The notes below the pieces were generated by a model, which was given only the letters and a program-made list of their open reading frames with translations, was not told where the DNA came from and searched no databases. Source: an uncultured Anaerolineaceae bacterium (GTDB taxonomy: Bacteria > Chloroflexota > Dehalococcoidia > Tepidiformales > Tepidiformaceae). Taken from it: 64,000 nt of DNA. The stretch spans positions 64,102-128,101 of the forward strand of contig CAZYLL010000007.1 of assembly GCA_964648195.1 (NCBI GenBank), written 5' to 3'. The stretch's first letter is position 1. Every line of letters starts with the position of its first letter. The position numbers and the translations under genes are program-made. Shown here in pieces: positions 54,577 to 63,109 of the stretch.

Positions 54577-55353
54577 TCAGGCGTCGCCGACAAGGGTACT
54601 GGCGAAGATCTGCCACGCGAGGGCCGACTTCGCGGTCAGGCTGAGGAGGACGTAGACGGCTTCTCCGAAGAGGTAGTCGCGCCAGGGGCCGGTGCGGCGG
54701 TACTGCAGGACCATGTTGACCGCGAAACAGTTGAAGAAGACGAAGAGCGACACGAAGATGCCGACGACGAAGCCGGGCGGCGAGGCTTCGAAACCGGGGC
54801 TGGTGAAGTAGATGGCGATGGCGATCCACGGCACGGCCCCGGCGAAACAGCCGAAGATGAACGCAGTCCAGTTGGGGTTGCCGGGCTCCTCGTAGTGCTC
54901 CATCAGGAGTCCGAACAGGATCATTGCGGCGTTGACGCCGAAGATGGCGACCAGCGCAGCGACATCGCTGATGCCCGTGAACATCGCGATGAGGACGACC
55001 ATGACCGAGGAGCTGACGGAATACTCGATCCAGCGGGCGTAGTTGCGATTGCGGCCGAGGTTGCGGGCGTACCAGCCGTAGACGCCCGGGGCGGAGATGA
55101 TCCAGTGAGCCGCCGCCGAGAGGAAGACGAAGAGGGCAACCCCCCAGGCGATGCGGACATCGAAGAGGTCGCGCAGTTCGGGGGGAGCCGAACCCGGGGC
55201 ATCGCTCATAAACGTCGCCGTAACGGGCAAGGAGAAGTCGTTGGCGAGGGCGAGGATAGCCACGCCCTGGGCGGCATGGAAGGCGCCCATCACCAGGTTG
55301 TAGAGACGGAGGCGGCGCAGCTGGCGTTCGCGTGGGGCGCCGGGGGTGCTCAT
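54577..55353 (-). CDS. heliorhodopsin
   Basis: It is a 7-TM protein carrying, in order, the blocks I recall from heliorhodopsins: ILALANDFSLPVT, RWIEYSVSSSVMVVLIA, IFGVNAAMILFG, FGCFAGAVPWI, and LSLTAKSALAWQIF (Schiff-base Lys). Confidence 0.9.
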   Translation of the reverse strand: MSTPGAPRERQLRRLRLYNLVMGAFHAAQGVAILALANDFSLPVTATFMSDAPGSAPPELRDLFDVRIAWGVALFVFLSAAAHWIISAPGVYGWYARNLGRNRNYARWIEYSVSSSVMVVLIAMFTGISDVAALVAIFGVNAAMILFGLLMEHYEEPGNPNWTAFIFGCFAGAVPWIAIAIYFTSPGFEASPPGFVVGIFVSLFVFFNCFAVNMVLQYRRTGPWRDYLFGEAVYVLLSLTAKSALAWQIFASTLVGDA

Positions 55354-55459
55354 CGTTTGTCCTTCGGGTGGGTTTGGGGGATGTCCCCGGTAGATGAACG
55401 AACGGCAAGGCTGCGGCGATCATCGGGGCGCGTTAACCGCCGGGCCCGGCGAAGCGTTG

Positions 55460-55489
55460 TTGATGCAAGCAGCCAATGGAGACTATAGT
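55460..55489 (+). promoter_or_regulatory. sigma70-like promoter, TTGATG-18 nt-TATAGT
   Basis: Read directly as gTTGATGcaagcagccaatggagacTATAGTctgcta. No annotated plus-strand gene lies immediately downstream. Confidence 0.55.
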
Positions 55490-55519
55490 CTGCTACATGT
55501 TCGAAGGGGGGCGCCGCCG

Positions 55520-55600
55520 ATGACGACAAAGACGCGAGCAGCTGCATTCCGGCTGCGCCTCAGTGCGCCCAGCGCCGGAAGAGTGCCCATCGAGCAATAA
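55520..55600 (+). CDS. possible 26-aa leader peptide / small ORF (MTTKTRAAAFRLRLSAPSAGRVPIEQ)
   Basis: The ATG is preceded by GAAGGGGGG 9 nt upstream. The ORF lies inside the promoter-to-terminator leader. Coding status is unproven. Confidence 0.25.
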   Translation: MTTKTRAAAFRLRLSAPSAGRVPIEQ

Positions 55601-55622
55601 ACGGGACGAGTCCGACCGTTCG

Positions 55623-55664
55623 AAGCCGTGGGCGTCACCAGACCAAACGCCCACGGCTTTTTTT
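55623..55664 (+). terminator. strong rho-independent terminator
   Basis: A 12-bp stem agccgtgggcgt/acgcccacggct with an 11-nt loop is followed by TTTTTTT. It lies 82 nt upstream of the ABC ATPase start. Confidence 0.8.
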
Positions 55665-55746
55665 GATCTCCGCTCTTGCCGGGGTGAGGAATGCCGGGGC
55701 AGCCCGGCCACTCGCCGGGAACGCCCGCCCCACGAGGAGGAGATGA

Positions 55747-56640
55747 ATGACGGTGGCAACCACAGAGCCAGAACAGTTTCGAGGGTTGCGGATCGAGGTC
55801 GACCCGCACGCCCGCGCCCTCGAAGTCGACGACGTGACCAAGGTGTTCCGGCAGGGGCCGGGACTCATCGGGCGGATGAAGGGGAAACGCGAAGAGCGCA
55901 AGCGGGTGGTCGCAGTTGACCACGTGAGCTTCGTGGTGGAGCGTGGGGAGATTTTCGGCGTGCTGGGACCGAACGGCACGGGAAAGAGCACGCTCATCCG
56001 GCTGATGTCGACGCTCCTGATGCCCGACACGGGGCGGGTGCGGGTGTTCGGGCTGGACGTGGAGCGGGACGAGGCGCAGGTGAAGCGGCTCATCAACCGC
56101 GTCTCGGTGGAGGCGTCGTTCTTCAAGAAGCTCTCGCCCATGGAGAACCTGATGTACGGGGCGCGGCTTTACGGCGTCGACCCGGCCTATGCGCGGCGCA
56201 AGGTCGTGGAGATCCTGACGCGGCTCGGGCTGGAGAACCGGTCGATCAGCTCTTCGATGGAAGACATGTCGCGCGGGATGCAGCAGAAGGTGGCGATTGC
56301 GCGGGCGTTCCTGACGGCCCCGGTGCTGCTGCTGCTGGACGAGCCGACGACCGGGCTCGACCCGCATTCGAAGCGGGAGGTGCAGGCGGCGGTGCGGGAG
56401 CTGCGCGACACGCACGAAGCGACGGTGGTGCTGACCACCCACGACATGCAGGAAGCGGACGAACTGTGCGACCGGATCGCGATCGTGGACAAGGGCCGGA
56501 TCGTGGCGCTGGATACGCCACAGGGGTTGAAAGACATGGTCCGGCAGCCGGGCGAAGCCCCGCCATCGCTGGAGGACGTCTTCCTGCGGCTAACGGGGAA
56601 GAAGCTGGAAGAAGCTGACCAGGAGGCAGAACAGTCATGA
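55747..56640 (+). CDS. ABC transporter ATP-binding protein (DrrA/ABC-2 type)
   Basis: It has Walker A GPNGTGKST, the signature MSRGMQQKV, Walker B LLLLDEPTTGLD and the H-loop TTHDM. Confidence 0.92.
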   Translation: MTVATTEPEQFRGLRIEVDPHARALEVDDVTKVFRQGPGLIGRMKGKREERKRVVAVDHVSFVVERGEIFGVLGPNGTGKSTLIRLMSTLLMPDTGRVRVFGLDVERDEAQVKRLINRVSVEASFFKKLSPMENLMYGARLYGVDPAYARRKVVEILTRLGLENRSISSSMEDMSRGMQQKVAIARAFLTAPVLLLLDEPTTGLDPHSKREVQAAVRELRDTHEATVVLTTHDMQEADELCDRIAIVDKGRIVALDTPQGLKDMVRQPGEAPPSLEDVFLRLTGKKLEEADQEAEQS

Positions 56641-57473
56641 CACTGGCGTATCACGAATTGCGGGCGAGCTACGCGTTCGTCGAGCGGAACATCAACCTGG
56701 TGAAGCGGTACTGGGGCTGGGAGCTGGTGTGGATGCTGTACACCATCGCGAACTCACTCGCGGTGGTGCTGATTGCGCGCGGGGCGAACACGGCCGTGGG
56801 CGGGCAGCCGCTGAGCACAGCGCAGGTGGACACGCTGATCCTGTTCCTGGCGATCGGGGCGCTGGTGTGGCACTACCTGGCGGTGGTGTTCCAAACGGTG
56901 AGCGAGATGATCAGCTGGGAGCGCTGGGAAGGGACGATCGAGTACACGTTCATGGCGCCGGTGCGGCGGGGCACACATATGGTGGGGACGGCAGTGTTCT
57001 CGCTGGTGTACGGGTTCGCGCACACGGCGGTCGTGCTCATCATCGTCGTGCTGGCGTTCGACCTGAACATGTCGCACGCGAACTACGTCTCGGCGAGCGC
57101 GGTCCTCATCGCCGGGAGCCTGTCGCTGGTTGGGATCGGGATCATGGGGGCGGTGCTGCCGCTGCTGTACCCGGAGCGTGGGGCGGAGATGACCCACGTG
57201 ATCCAGGCGGCGCTGGTGCTGATCTCGGGCGTGTACATCACGGCGAGCGAGATGCCGGAGCCGCTGGCAACGATCTCGATCTTCAGCCCTGCGACCTACG
57301 TCATCGAAGGGATCAGGTCGGCGCTGATCGACGGTGAGGGGTTTGCGGAACTCTGGCCGACGATGCTGGGGCTGGTCGCAAGCGGCATGCTGATGATCCC
57401 GCTGGGGGTGTACGTGTTTTCGCTGGGCGAGCGGTACGCGAAGCGGACGGGGCGGCTGAAGCGGAGCGGGTAG
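56637..57473 (+). CDS. ABC-2 type transporter permease
   Basis: It is a 6-TM protein whose start forms an ATGA overlap with the ATPase gene. Confidence 0.85.
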   Translation: MTLAYHELRASYAFVERNINLVKRYWGWELVWMLYTIANSLAVVLIARGANTAVGGQPLSTAQVDTLILFLAIGALVWHYLAVVFQTVSEMISWERWEGTIEYTFMAPVRRGTHMVGTAVFSLVYGFAHTAVVLIIVVLAFDLNMSHANYVSASAVLIAGSLSLVGIGIMGAVLPLLYPERGAEMTHVIQAALVLISGVYITASEMPEPLATISIFSPATYVIEGIRSALIDGEGFAELWPTMLGLVASGMLMIPLGVYVFSLGERYAKRTGRLKRSG

Positions 57474-57501
57474 AGGGAGGAGGGAGGAGTCCCTCCAACC
57501 C

Positions 57502-57542
57502 AACCCCTCCCCATTTCACGATTCGCGATTGGGGAGGGGGTT
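57502..57542. terminator. hairpin between convergent genes (candidate bidirectional terminator)
   Basis: A ~12-bp stem aacccctcccca/tggggagggggtt has its right arm overlapping the 3' end of the ferredoxin CDS. An additional 7-bp hairpin GGAGGGA-ggag-TCCCTCC lies right after the permease stop. Confidence 0.45.
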
Positions 57543-57887
57543 GCGGCCGATGACGAGGTCGGGGACTTCCTGGCCGTTGACCAGGTGCTCGTTGATGACG
57601 CGGTCGAGGTTTTCGGGGGAGAGGCAGCCGTACCAGGTGCCTTCGGGGTAGACGACGGCGGTGGGGCCGGCTTCGCAAATGCGGAGGCAGCCGACCTTGC
57701 TGCGGTAGAGGCGGCCACGATCGGGGGAGCCATTGAGGCGCGCGGCGGCCTGTTTGAGCTGGCCCCAGGCGCGGTCGCCTTCCTCCGGCGTGCAGCAGTC
57801 CGGGCCGATGCAGAGAAAGATGTGGCGGTCGTAGTGGCCGATGCCCCGTTTCGCGGCGGCGGCGCGGGCGGACTCGATGTCGGTCAT
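57516..57887 (-). CDS. thioredoxin-like [2Fe-2S] ferredoxin domain protein
   Basis: The Cys pattern is HIFLCIGPDCC ... GCLRICEAGP, followed by AVVYPEGTWY. Confidence 0.8.
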   Translation of the reverse strand: MTDIESARAAAAKRGIGHYDRHIFLCIGPDCCTPEEGDRAWGQLKQAAARLNGSPDRGRLYRSKVGCLRICEAGPTAVVYPEGTWYGCLSPENLDRVINEHLVNGQEVPDLVIGRNPLPNRES

Positions 57888-57987
57888 CGGACAGAGGATA
57901 GCGGATTGGGAGGAGGTGAGAACGCGCGAGTAGGCGGCGGAGAGACGGTTGATGGGTGTTGAATGCACCACGTTCTGTTGTTGCGCT

Positions 57988-58017
57988 TTGCGGCGGGGAT
58001 GATGGGCCACATATACT
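57988..58017 (+). promoter_or_regulatory. candidate purF promoter, TTGCGG-18 nt-TATACT
   Basis: Read directly. An AGGAGGG RBS precedes the TTG start at 58060. Confidence 0.35.
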
Positions 58018-58059
58018 GGTTGTGCCGTTAACGTCACCCAGCAGGAGGGCGACCAGGGT

Positions 58060-59526
58060 TTGATCCCCGACAGCGATAACCCGCGCGAGGCCTGCGGCGT
58101 CTTCGGGGTGTACAGCCCCGGGGACGACGTCGCAAGGCTGACGTTCTACGGGCTGTATGCCCTCCAGCACCGGGGCCAGGAAAGCGCCGGGATAGCCACC
58201 AGCAACGGGAGCGATTTCAGCCTGCGGACGGGCATGGGCCTGGTGGCCCAGGTGTTCGACGAGGAAGACCTGGCGTACCTTCGCGGACACATCTCGATTG
58301 GGCACACGCGGTACAGCACGGCAGGCGGCTCGATCGCCTGCAACGCCCAGCCGATCGTGGTGAACGACAGCCACAACGGCGAACCGATTGCGCTGGCGCA
58401 CAACGGGAACCTGACGAACGTGGACATCCTCCGGGAGGACCTGGAGGCGCAGGGCATCCAGTTCGAATCAACGGCGGACAGTGAGGTGATCGCGCACCTG
58501 CTCGCGATTGCGCCGGCGGGGACGTGGGAAGAGCGCTTCCACTACGTGATGCGCCGGATCGAGGGCGCCTACAGCGTGGTGATTATGACCAAGGATCGGC
58601 TGTTCGCAATGCGCGACCCGATGGGTGTGCGGCCGCTGTGCATTGGCCGGCTCGAAAGCGGGTGGGTCGTGGCATCGGAATCGTGCGCCCTGGAGCACCT
58701 GGGCGTGCCGATGGAGCGAGAGGTGCAGCCGGGCGAAGTCGTGCAGATCGACGAACACGGGATGGCGAGCTTCTACCCGGTTGCGCCCGCGCGGAAGCGG
58801 GCGATCTGCACGTTTGAGTACACCTATTTTGCCCGCCCCGACAGCCGTCTCGGCGGGCAACTTGTTTACCCCGCGCGGGAAGCGATGGGCGCGCACCTGG
58901 CGAAGGAACACCCGGTTGAGGCCGACATGGTGATCGGCGTGCCGGACTCGGCGATCCCGGCGGCGATTGGGTATGCGCGGGCGGCGGGGATCCCGTACCG
59001 CGAGGGGCTGGTGAAGAACCGATATGTGGGGCGGACGTTCATCCAGCCGGACCAGCGCATCCGCGAGGCGGGCGTAAGCCTGAAGTTCAATGCGCTTTCG
59101 GACGTGCTGCGGGGGAAGCGCGTGATCCTGGTGGACGACAGCATCGTCCGTGGGACGACGACGCCGCGGGTGGTGAGCCTAGTGCGGAACGCGGGCGCGG
59201 CCGAGGTGCACATGCGCATCACCACGCCACCGATCGTTTCGCCGTGCTTCCTGGGCGTGGACATGGCGACAAAGGCGGAGCTGATTGCGGCAAACCACAG
59301 CATCGAGGAGATCCGCGCGCATATTGGGGCCGACTCGCTCGGGTTCCTGAGCCTGGACGGGCTGAACGCCTCGACCGGGCAGGCGCCGGAAGACCTCTGC
59401 AACGCCTGCTTCACCGGCATCTACCCGCTGAACGTGCAGATGCAGATGGACCGGCTGGAGGCTCCGCGCGCGCGGGAGCCGGAGCTGGTTGCCGCGGAGA
59501 GCCTGAACCGGGCGGGACGCCCGTAG
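58060..59526 (+). CDS. purF: amidophosphoribosyltransferase
   Basis: It has the N-terminal nucleophile CGVFGV, then ALQHRGQESAGIA, and the PRPP loop VILVDDSIVRGTT. The start codon is TTG. Confidence 0.95.
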   Translation: MIPDSDNPREACGVFGVYSPGDDVARLTFYGLYALQHRGQESAGIATSNGSDFSLRTGMGLVAQVFDEEDLAYLRGHISIGHTRYSTAGGSIACNAQPIVVNDSHNGEPIALAHNGNLTNVDILREDLEAQGIQFESTADSEVIAHLLAIAPAGTWEERFHYVMRRIEGAYSVVIMTKDRLFAMRDPMGVRPLCIGRLESGWVVASESCALEHLGVPMEREVQPGEVVQIDEHGMASFYPVAPARKRAICTFEYTYFARPDSRLGGQLVYPAREAMGAHLAKEHPVEADMVIGVPDSAIPAAIGYARAAGIPYREGLVKNRYVGRTFIQPDQRIREAGVSLKFNALSDVLRGKRVILVDDSIVRGTTTPRVVSLVRNAGAAEVHMRITTPPIVSPCFLGVDMATKAELIAANHSIEEIRAHIGADSLGFLSLDGLNASTGQAPEDLCNACFTGIYPLNVQMQMDRLEAPRAREPELVAAESLNRAGRP

Positions 59527-59531
59527 CAACG

Positions 59532-59990
59532 GTGGTGGACGGGCGGGCGGGGATCACGGCGGCGCACTTCATCCTGTACGTCCGGGAGCAGGCGGCCGCC
59601 ACCGCGTTCTACCGGCGTGTCTTCGGCGAACCAGCGCTCGATGTGCCCGGCATGACGGAGTTCGCACTGGCGGAGGACGTCGTGCCGGGCCTGATGCCCG
59701 CGGCGGGCATCAGGGCGCTCCTGGGCGATACGCTGCCGGACCCTGCGGTTGCGGGTGGGGTGCCGAGGGCCGAACTCTATCTGAGGGTAGCGGACCCGGC
59801 GGGAATGCATGCCCGCGCCGTGCGCGCCGGGGCGCGTGAACTGAGCCCGCTGCTCCCGCGGGACTGGGGCGACGAGGCGGCGTATTGCCTCGATCCCGAC
59901 GGGCATGTGCTGGTCTTCGCGCGAGCGATCGCTGTCCGGGGTCAGGCCAGGAACTCGGCCGCCTCGAGGTCGAGCACGGCCTCGCCGTAG
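59532..59990 (+). CDS. VOC (glyoxalase/bleomycin-resistance fold) family protein
   Basis: It has a GTG start just after the purF stop, then ITAAHFILYVREQAAATAFYRRVFG ... YCLDPDGHVLVF. The last ~16 codons overlap the convergent gene. Confidence 0.55.
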   Translation: MVDGRAGITAAHFILYVREQAAATAFYRRVFGEPALDVPGMTEFALAEDVVPGLMPAAGIRALLGDTLPDPAVAGGVPRAELYLRVADPAGMHARAVRAGARELSPLLPRDWGDEAAYCLDPDGHVLVFARAIAVRGQARNSAASRSSTASP

Positions 59991-61042
59991 CGGCTGAACA
60001 TGCGGTCCATGAGCTCGCGGCCGCGGTCGTTCAGGGTCTCCGGGTCGACATCGGCGGCGCCGGTGACCATGTAACCGATGAGGACGAGGGCGGCCTTGCG
60101 GTAGTCGCGCCAGCAATCCTCAAACGAATAGCCGATGACGCCGTTGCGGAGGAGCGCCTCGTGGTAGGCACGGAGCAGGTCCTCCTGGTTGGCCCGCCGC
60201 ACCCCGGGGTCGAAGTTGCCTGCGAGGAAGTAGGCGATGTCCCACTGTGGAATGGAACGGAAGGGGAGCTGCCAGTCGATGATCGCGATTGGCGGGTCGC
60301 CGGGGTTGTCGCCGAAGAGCATGTTGTCGAGGCGGTAGTCGCCATGGACGAGCGTGACGGCATCGGTGGCGAGATTGGCGACGAGACGCTGGTAGTTATC
60401 GGCGTAGGCATCGACGAGGCGGCGGATTTCGGGGCCGACGAGGTCGCCGTAGATGGCGTTGAAGGCGGGGATGGCCTGGCGGAAGGCCATTTCGAGGAAG
60501 AGGAAATACGGGTCGCCGGCGCCGGGAAGCCATGAGGCGAAGGCATCGAGCCGGGGGCTGTTCCACCAGGTTGCATGGAGCGCTGCGGCGGCCTCGAGGG
60601 CCAGGCGGGCTTCTGCCATGGAGCAGGATGCGAGCTGGTTGCCGGGGCGCATGGGTGCGAGGTCCTCGATGAGGAGGGCAAACGTCTCGGTCGCGGGGTC
60701 TCCGAACCGGTAGTAGCAGGCAGGGATGCGCATGGGGGTCTCGGCCGCGGCGTGCGCGAAGAAGGCGTTTTCACGCTGGTACAGTCCAAGGGCCGTTCCG
60801 AGGCGGCGGAAGCCTTCGTTGGCGGTCGGGACCTTGGAGATGACAGAGGGCGGGGCGCCGGGCGCGGGACGGTCGTAGGTGAGGCGAACGCGGGCGACTT
60901 CGCCGACGAATCCCACCCCTTCGCCGATGACCTGGATATCGACTGCGGCGATGGTCGCACCGGCCCGGACGTCGGCGGGAAGGGCTTCGTTGAGCCACTG
61001 CGGGGTGATTTCGCTGCTGGCGCGTGGGATGGGTTGCGGCAT
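59942..61042 (-). CDS. phosphotransferase (APH/ChoK-like kinase) family protein
   Basis: The catalytic loop is LVHGDYRLDNMLF and the metal-binding block is IIDWQ. Confidence 0.85.
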   Translation of the reverse strand: MPQPIPRASSEITPQWLNEALPADVRAGATIAAVDIQVIGEGVGFVGEVARVRLTYDRPAPGAPPSVISKVPTANEGFRRLGTALGLYQRENAFFAHAAAETPMRIPACYYRFGDPATETFALLIEDLAPMRPGNQLASCSMAEARLALEAAAALHATWWNSPRLDAFASWLPGAGDPYFLFLEMAFRQAIPAFNAIYGDLVGPEIRRLVDAYADNYQRLVANLATDAVTLVHGDYRLDNMLFGDNPGDPPIAIIDWQLPFRSIPQWDIAYFLAGNFDPGVRRANQEDLLRAYHEALLRNGVIGYSFEDCWRDYRKAALVLIGYMVTGAADVDPETLNDRGRELMDRMFSRYGEAVLDLEAAEFLA

Positions 61043-61160
61043 GTTCAGACCTCCGGCGCGTCAGGGTTCGATGGCGCGTGGAGGAACAGTGATGAGCGGC
61101 GTCATAAGGCGCAACAAGCGAGGGGCGGCCCGCTAGTGGAGTCATAGAGCATGGCGTAAG

Positions 61161-61859
61161 GTGGAGGATATGGGAGTGCTTCAGGAGATCCGGGCGGACA
61201 TTCGTGCGGCGATGGACCATGACCCGGCAGCGCGCAGCGCGCTGGAGGTGGCCCTGTTCTATCCCGGGTTTCATGCCCGGCTGGCGCACCGCCTGGCCCA
61301 CGCGTTGCACCGCCGGGGCGTGCCGCTCGTTCCACGCGGGATCATGCACATGGCGCGTTTTTTCACGGGAATCGAAATTCATCCGGGGGCAACCATCGGG
61401 CGGCGCTTTTTCATCGATCACGGGATGGGGGTGGTGATTGGCGAGACCGCCGAGATTGGCGACGACGTGATGCTCTACCAGGGTGTGACGCTGGGGGGCA
61501 CAAGCACGCGGCGCGTGAAGCGGCACCCAACCCTGCGGGACCGCGTGGTGGTCGGCGCCGGCGCGAAGGTCATCGGCGCCATCGAAGTGGGTGAGAACGC
61601 TCGCATTGGGGCGGGGAGTGTAGTGGTGACGAATGTCCCCGCGAATGCGACGGTCGTGGGCGTGCCCGGGCATATCGTGGCTTTTCACGACGATTCGAAC
61701 GGGGCGATCCAGCGGTTGCCGGACCCTGAGTGGGAGCGGCTGAACGACCTCGACCGGCGGGTGCGGGAGCTGCACGAGCTGGTGGAGCACCTGGAAGAAC
61801 ACATCGGCGGGCTGCATTCGAACCACCACACCGAATCTTCTCCGGCGCGGGCCGACTGA
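61161..61859 (+). CDS. cysE: serine O-acetyltransferase
   Basis: It has [19 protein letters not shown] and the hexapeptide repeats [44 protein letters not shown]. Confidence 0.9.
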   Translation: MEDMGVLQEIRADIRAAMDHDPAARSALEVALFYPGFHARLAHRLAHALHRRGVPLVPRGIMHMARFFTGIEIHPGATIGRRFFIDHGMGVVIGETAEIGDDVMLYQGVTLGGTSTRRVKRHPTLRDRVVVGAGAKVIGAIEVGENARIGAGSVVVTNVPANATVVGVPGHIVAFHDDSNGAIQRLPDPEWERLNDLDRRVRELHELVEHLEEHIGGLHSNHHTESSPARAD

Positions 61860-61867
61860 GACACGCG

Positions 61868-62029
61868 GTGGAACGTTGGGAGCGCCGGGCGCAGAAGCTG
61901 GATGCGAAACGCCGGCGGATGCGGGTGACGGGCCGCGGTCTACTGACGACAGAACCGCTCGCCATCCAGAAGCGCTTGCAGAAGCTGAAAGCAGCTGCCG
62001 CGACGCGGCGAGGGAAGCGGAAGAAGTAA
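61868..62029 (+). CDS. possible small basic protein (53 aa from GTG, or 36 aa from ATG 61919)
   Basis: The product reads VERWERRAQKLDAKRRRMRVTGRGLLTTEPLAIQKRLQKLKAAAATRRGKRKK. Third-position GC is about 79 percent, and an imperfect GC hairpin follows. Coding status is unproven. Confidence 0.3.
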   Translation: MERWERRAQKLDAKRRRMRVTGRGLLTTEPLAIQKRLQKLKAAAATRRGKRKK

Positions 62030-62082
62030 GGCCGGGCACCGCCGGGGACCCGGGCCTCCGGGTGTGTTGCCGCGGCTCTGTG

Positions 62083-62982
62083 CTACGGGAGCGGGACGTT
62101 GAGGCCGCGGGTGGCAATAATCCAGTAGCGCTGGCCGGCACGCAGTTGGAAGAGTGTTTGGAGTACCGGGTCGATGCGGGGGCTCCAGCGCAGCCAGGTG
62201 TTCGTCTCCTCATCCCAGGCGTAGACGACGGCGATCCAGTTGGAGACGCCGCGGAAGGCGGAGGCAGGGCTCGAGTCCGGGCCGCTCCAGGTCACCAAAT
62301 TTGAACCGGTGGAGACAGCGAGGCTCGCACTGGAGACCGATGGGGGCGGCGGGGCAGCGGGGACCGGCGGGGCAGACGCCTGGATCACCGGGGTGGCCAG
62401 AGGCGGCGGGAGCGGCGTGGGCGTTGGCGGCACCGGGGCCGGAGTTGGTGCAACAGGGGCGTCGCCTCCGGGGTAGCCAAAATCGGCGACCCAGTACCAG
62501 CCGTAGCGGGAGCCTTCCGCGTAAACGCGGGCGATGCCGATGGCAGTGAACTCGGTAGCGAGCATGACGTCGCGATGCGAGGGCGAGGCGATCCAGGCAT
62601 CGAGGGCCCACTGCGCGCTGGAGCGATTGGTGCCGGCTGCCAGGTTTTCGCCACCGGGGACGGAGTAGCCGCAATCCGGCATCCGCTGCCAGGGGGAGCG
62701 CCCGAGCGAATCGTTGTGGGCGAGGCCGGGACGCTTCGCCAGGTCGAATGCCATCCACGTGGCCGCACGATTGAGGGCGGGCGATACCGCGAGCGCCGGG
62801 GCGTTGTTCCGGGCGCGGTAGTCATTGAGGAGGCGCAGGAAGGCCTGCTCCTCGTCGTCAATGGTCAGGTCGGCGACATCACAGTTCGAAAGCGCGTGGG
62901 CCGGGGCCGGGCGAACCACGGTCCACACGGTGGCGCTCAGCGCGATCGCGGCAACGAGCGCCCATGAGAGTTTCCGCAACAC
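62083..62982 (-). CDS. secreted CAP (SCP/PR-1-like) domain protein
   Basis: It has a signal peptide, the CAP blocks YRARNNAPALAVSPALNRAATWMAFD and WIASPSHRDVML, a Pro-rich linker and a C-terminal beta-rich domain. Confidence 0.8.
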   Translation of the reverse strand: MLRKLSWALVAAIALSATVWTVVRPAPAHALSNCDVADLTIDDEEQAFLRLLNDYRARNNAPALAVSPALNRAATWMAFDLAKRPGLAHNDSLGRSPWQRMPDCGYSVPGGENLAAGTNRSSAQWALDAWIASPSHRDVMLATEFTAIGIARVYAEGSRYGWYWVADFGYPGGDAPVAPTPAPVPPTPTPLPPPLATPVIQASAPPVPAAPPPPSVSSASLAVSTGSNLVTWSGPDSSPASAFRGVSNWIAVVYAWDEETNTWLRWSPRIDPVLQTLFQLRAGQRYWIIATRGLNVPLP

Positions 62983-63109
62983 TGCATCCTCCCGGGGGCC
63001 ACCGGAATGACCCTAGGAGGGCGAGCGGGTTGGAACGACCGGGATATTCCCTATTTGTTGTAAACGGACGGCAAAAAGTTAGAGCTTCGTATGAGCGCGC
63101 CCCGGGCGG

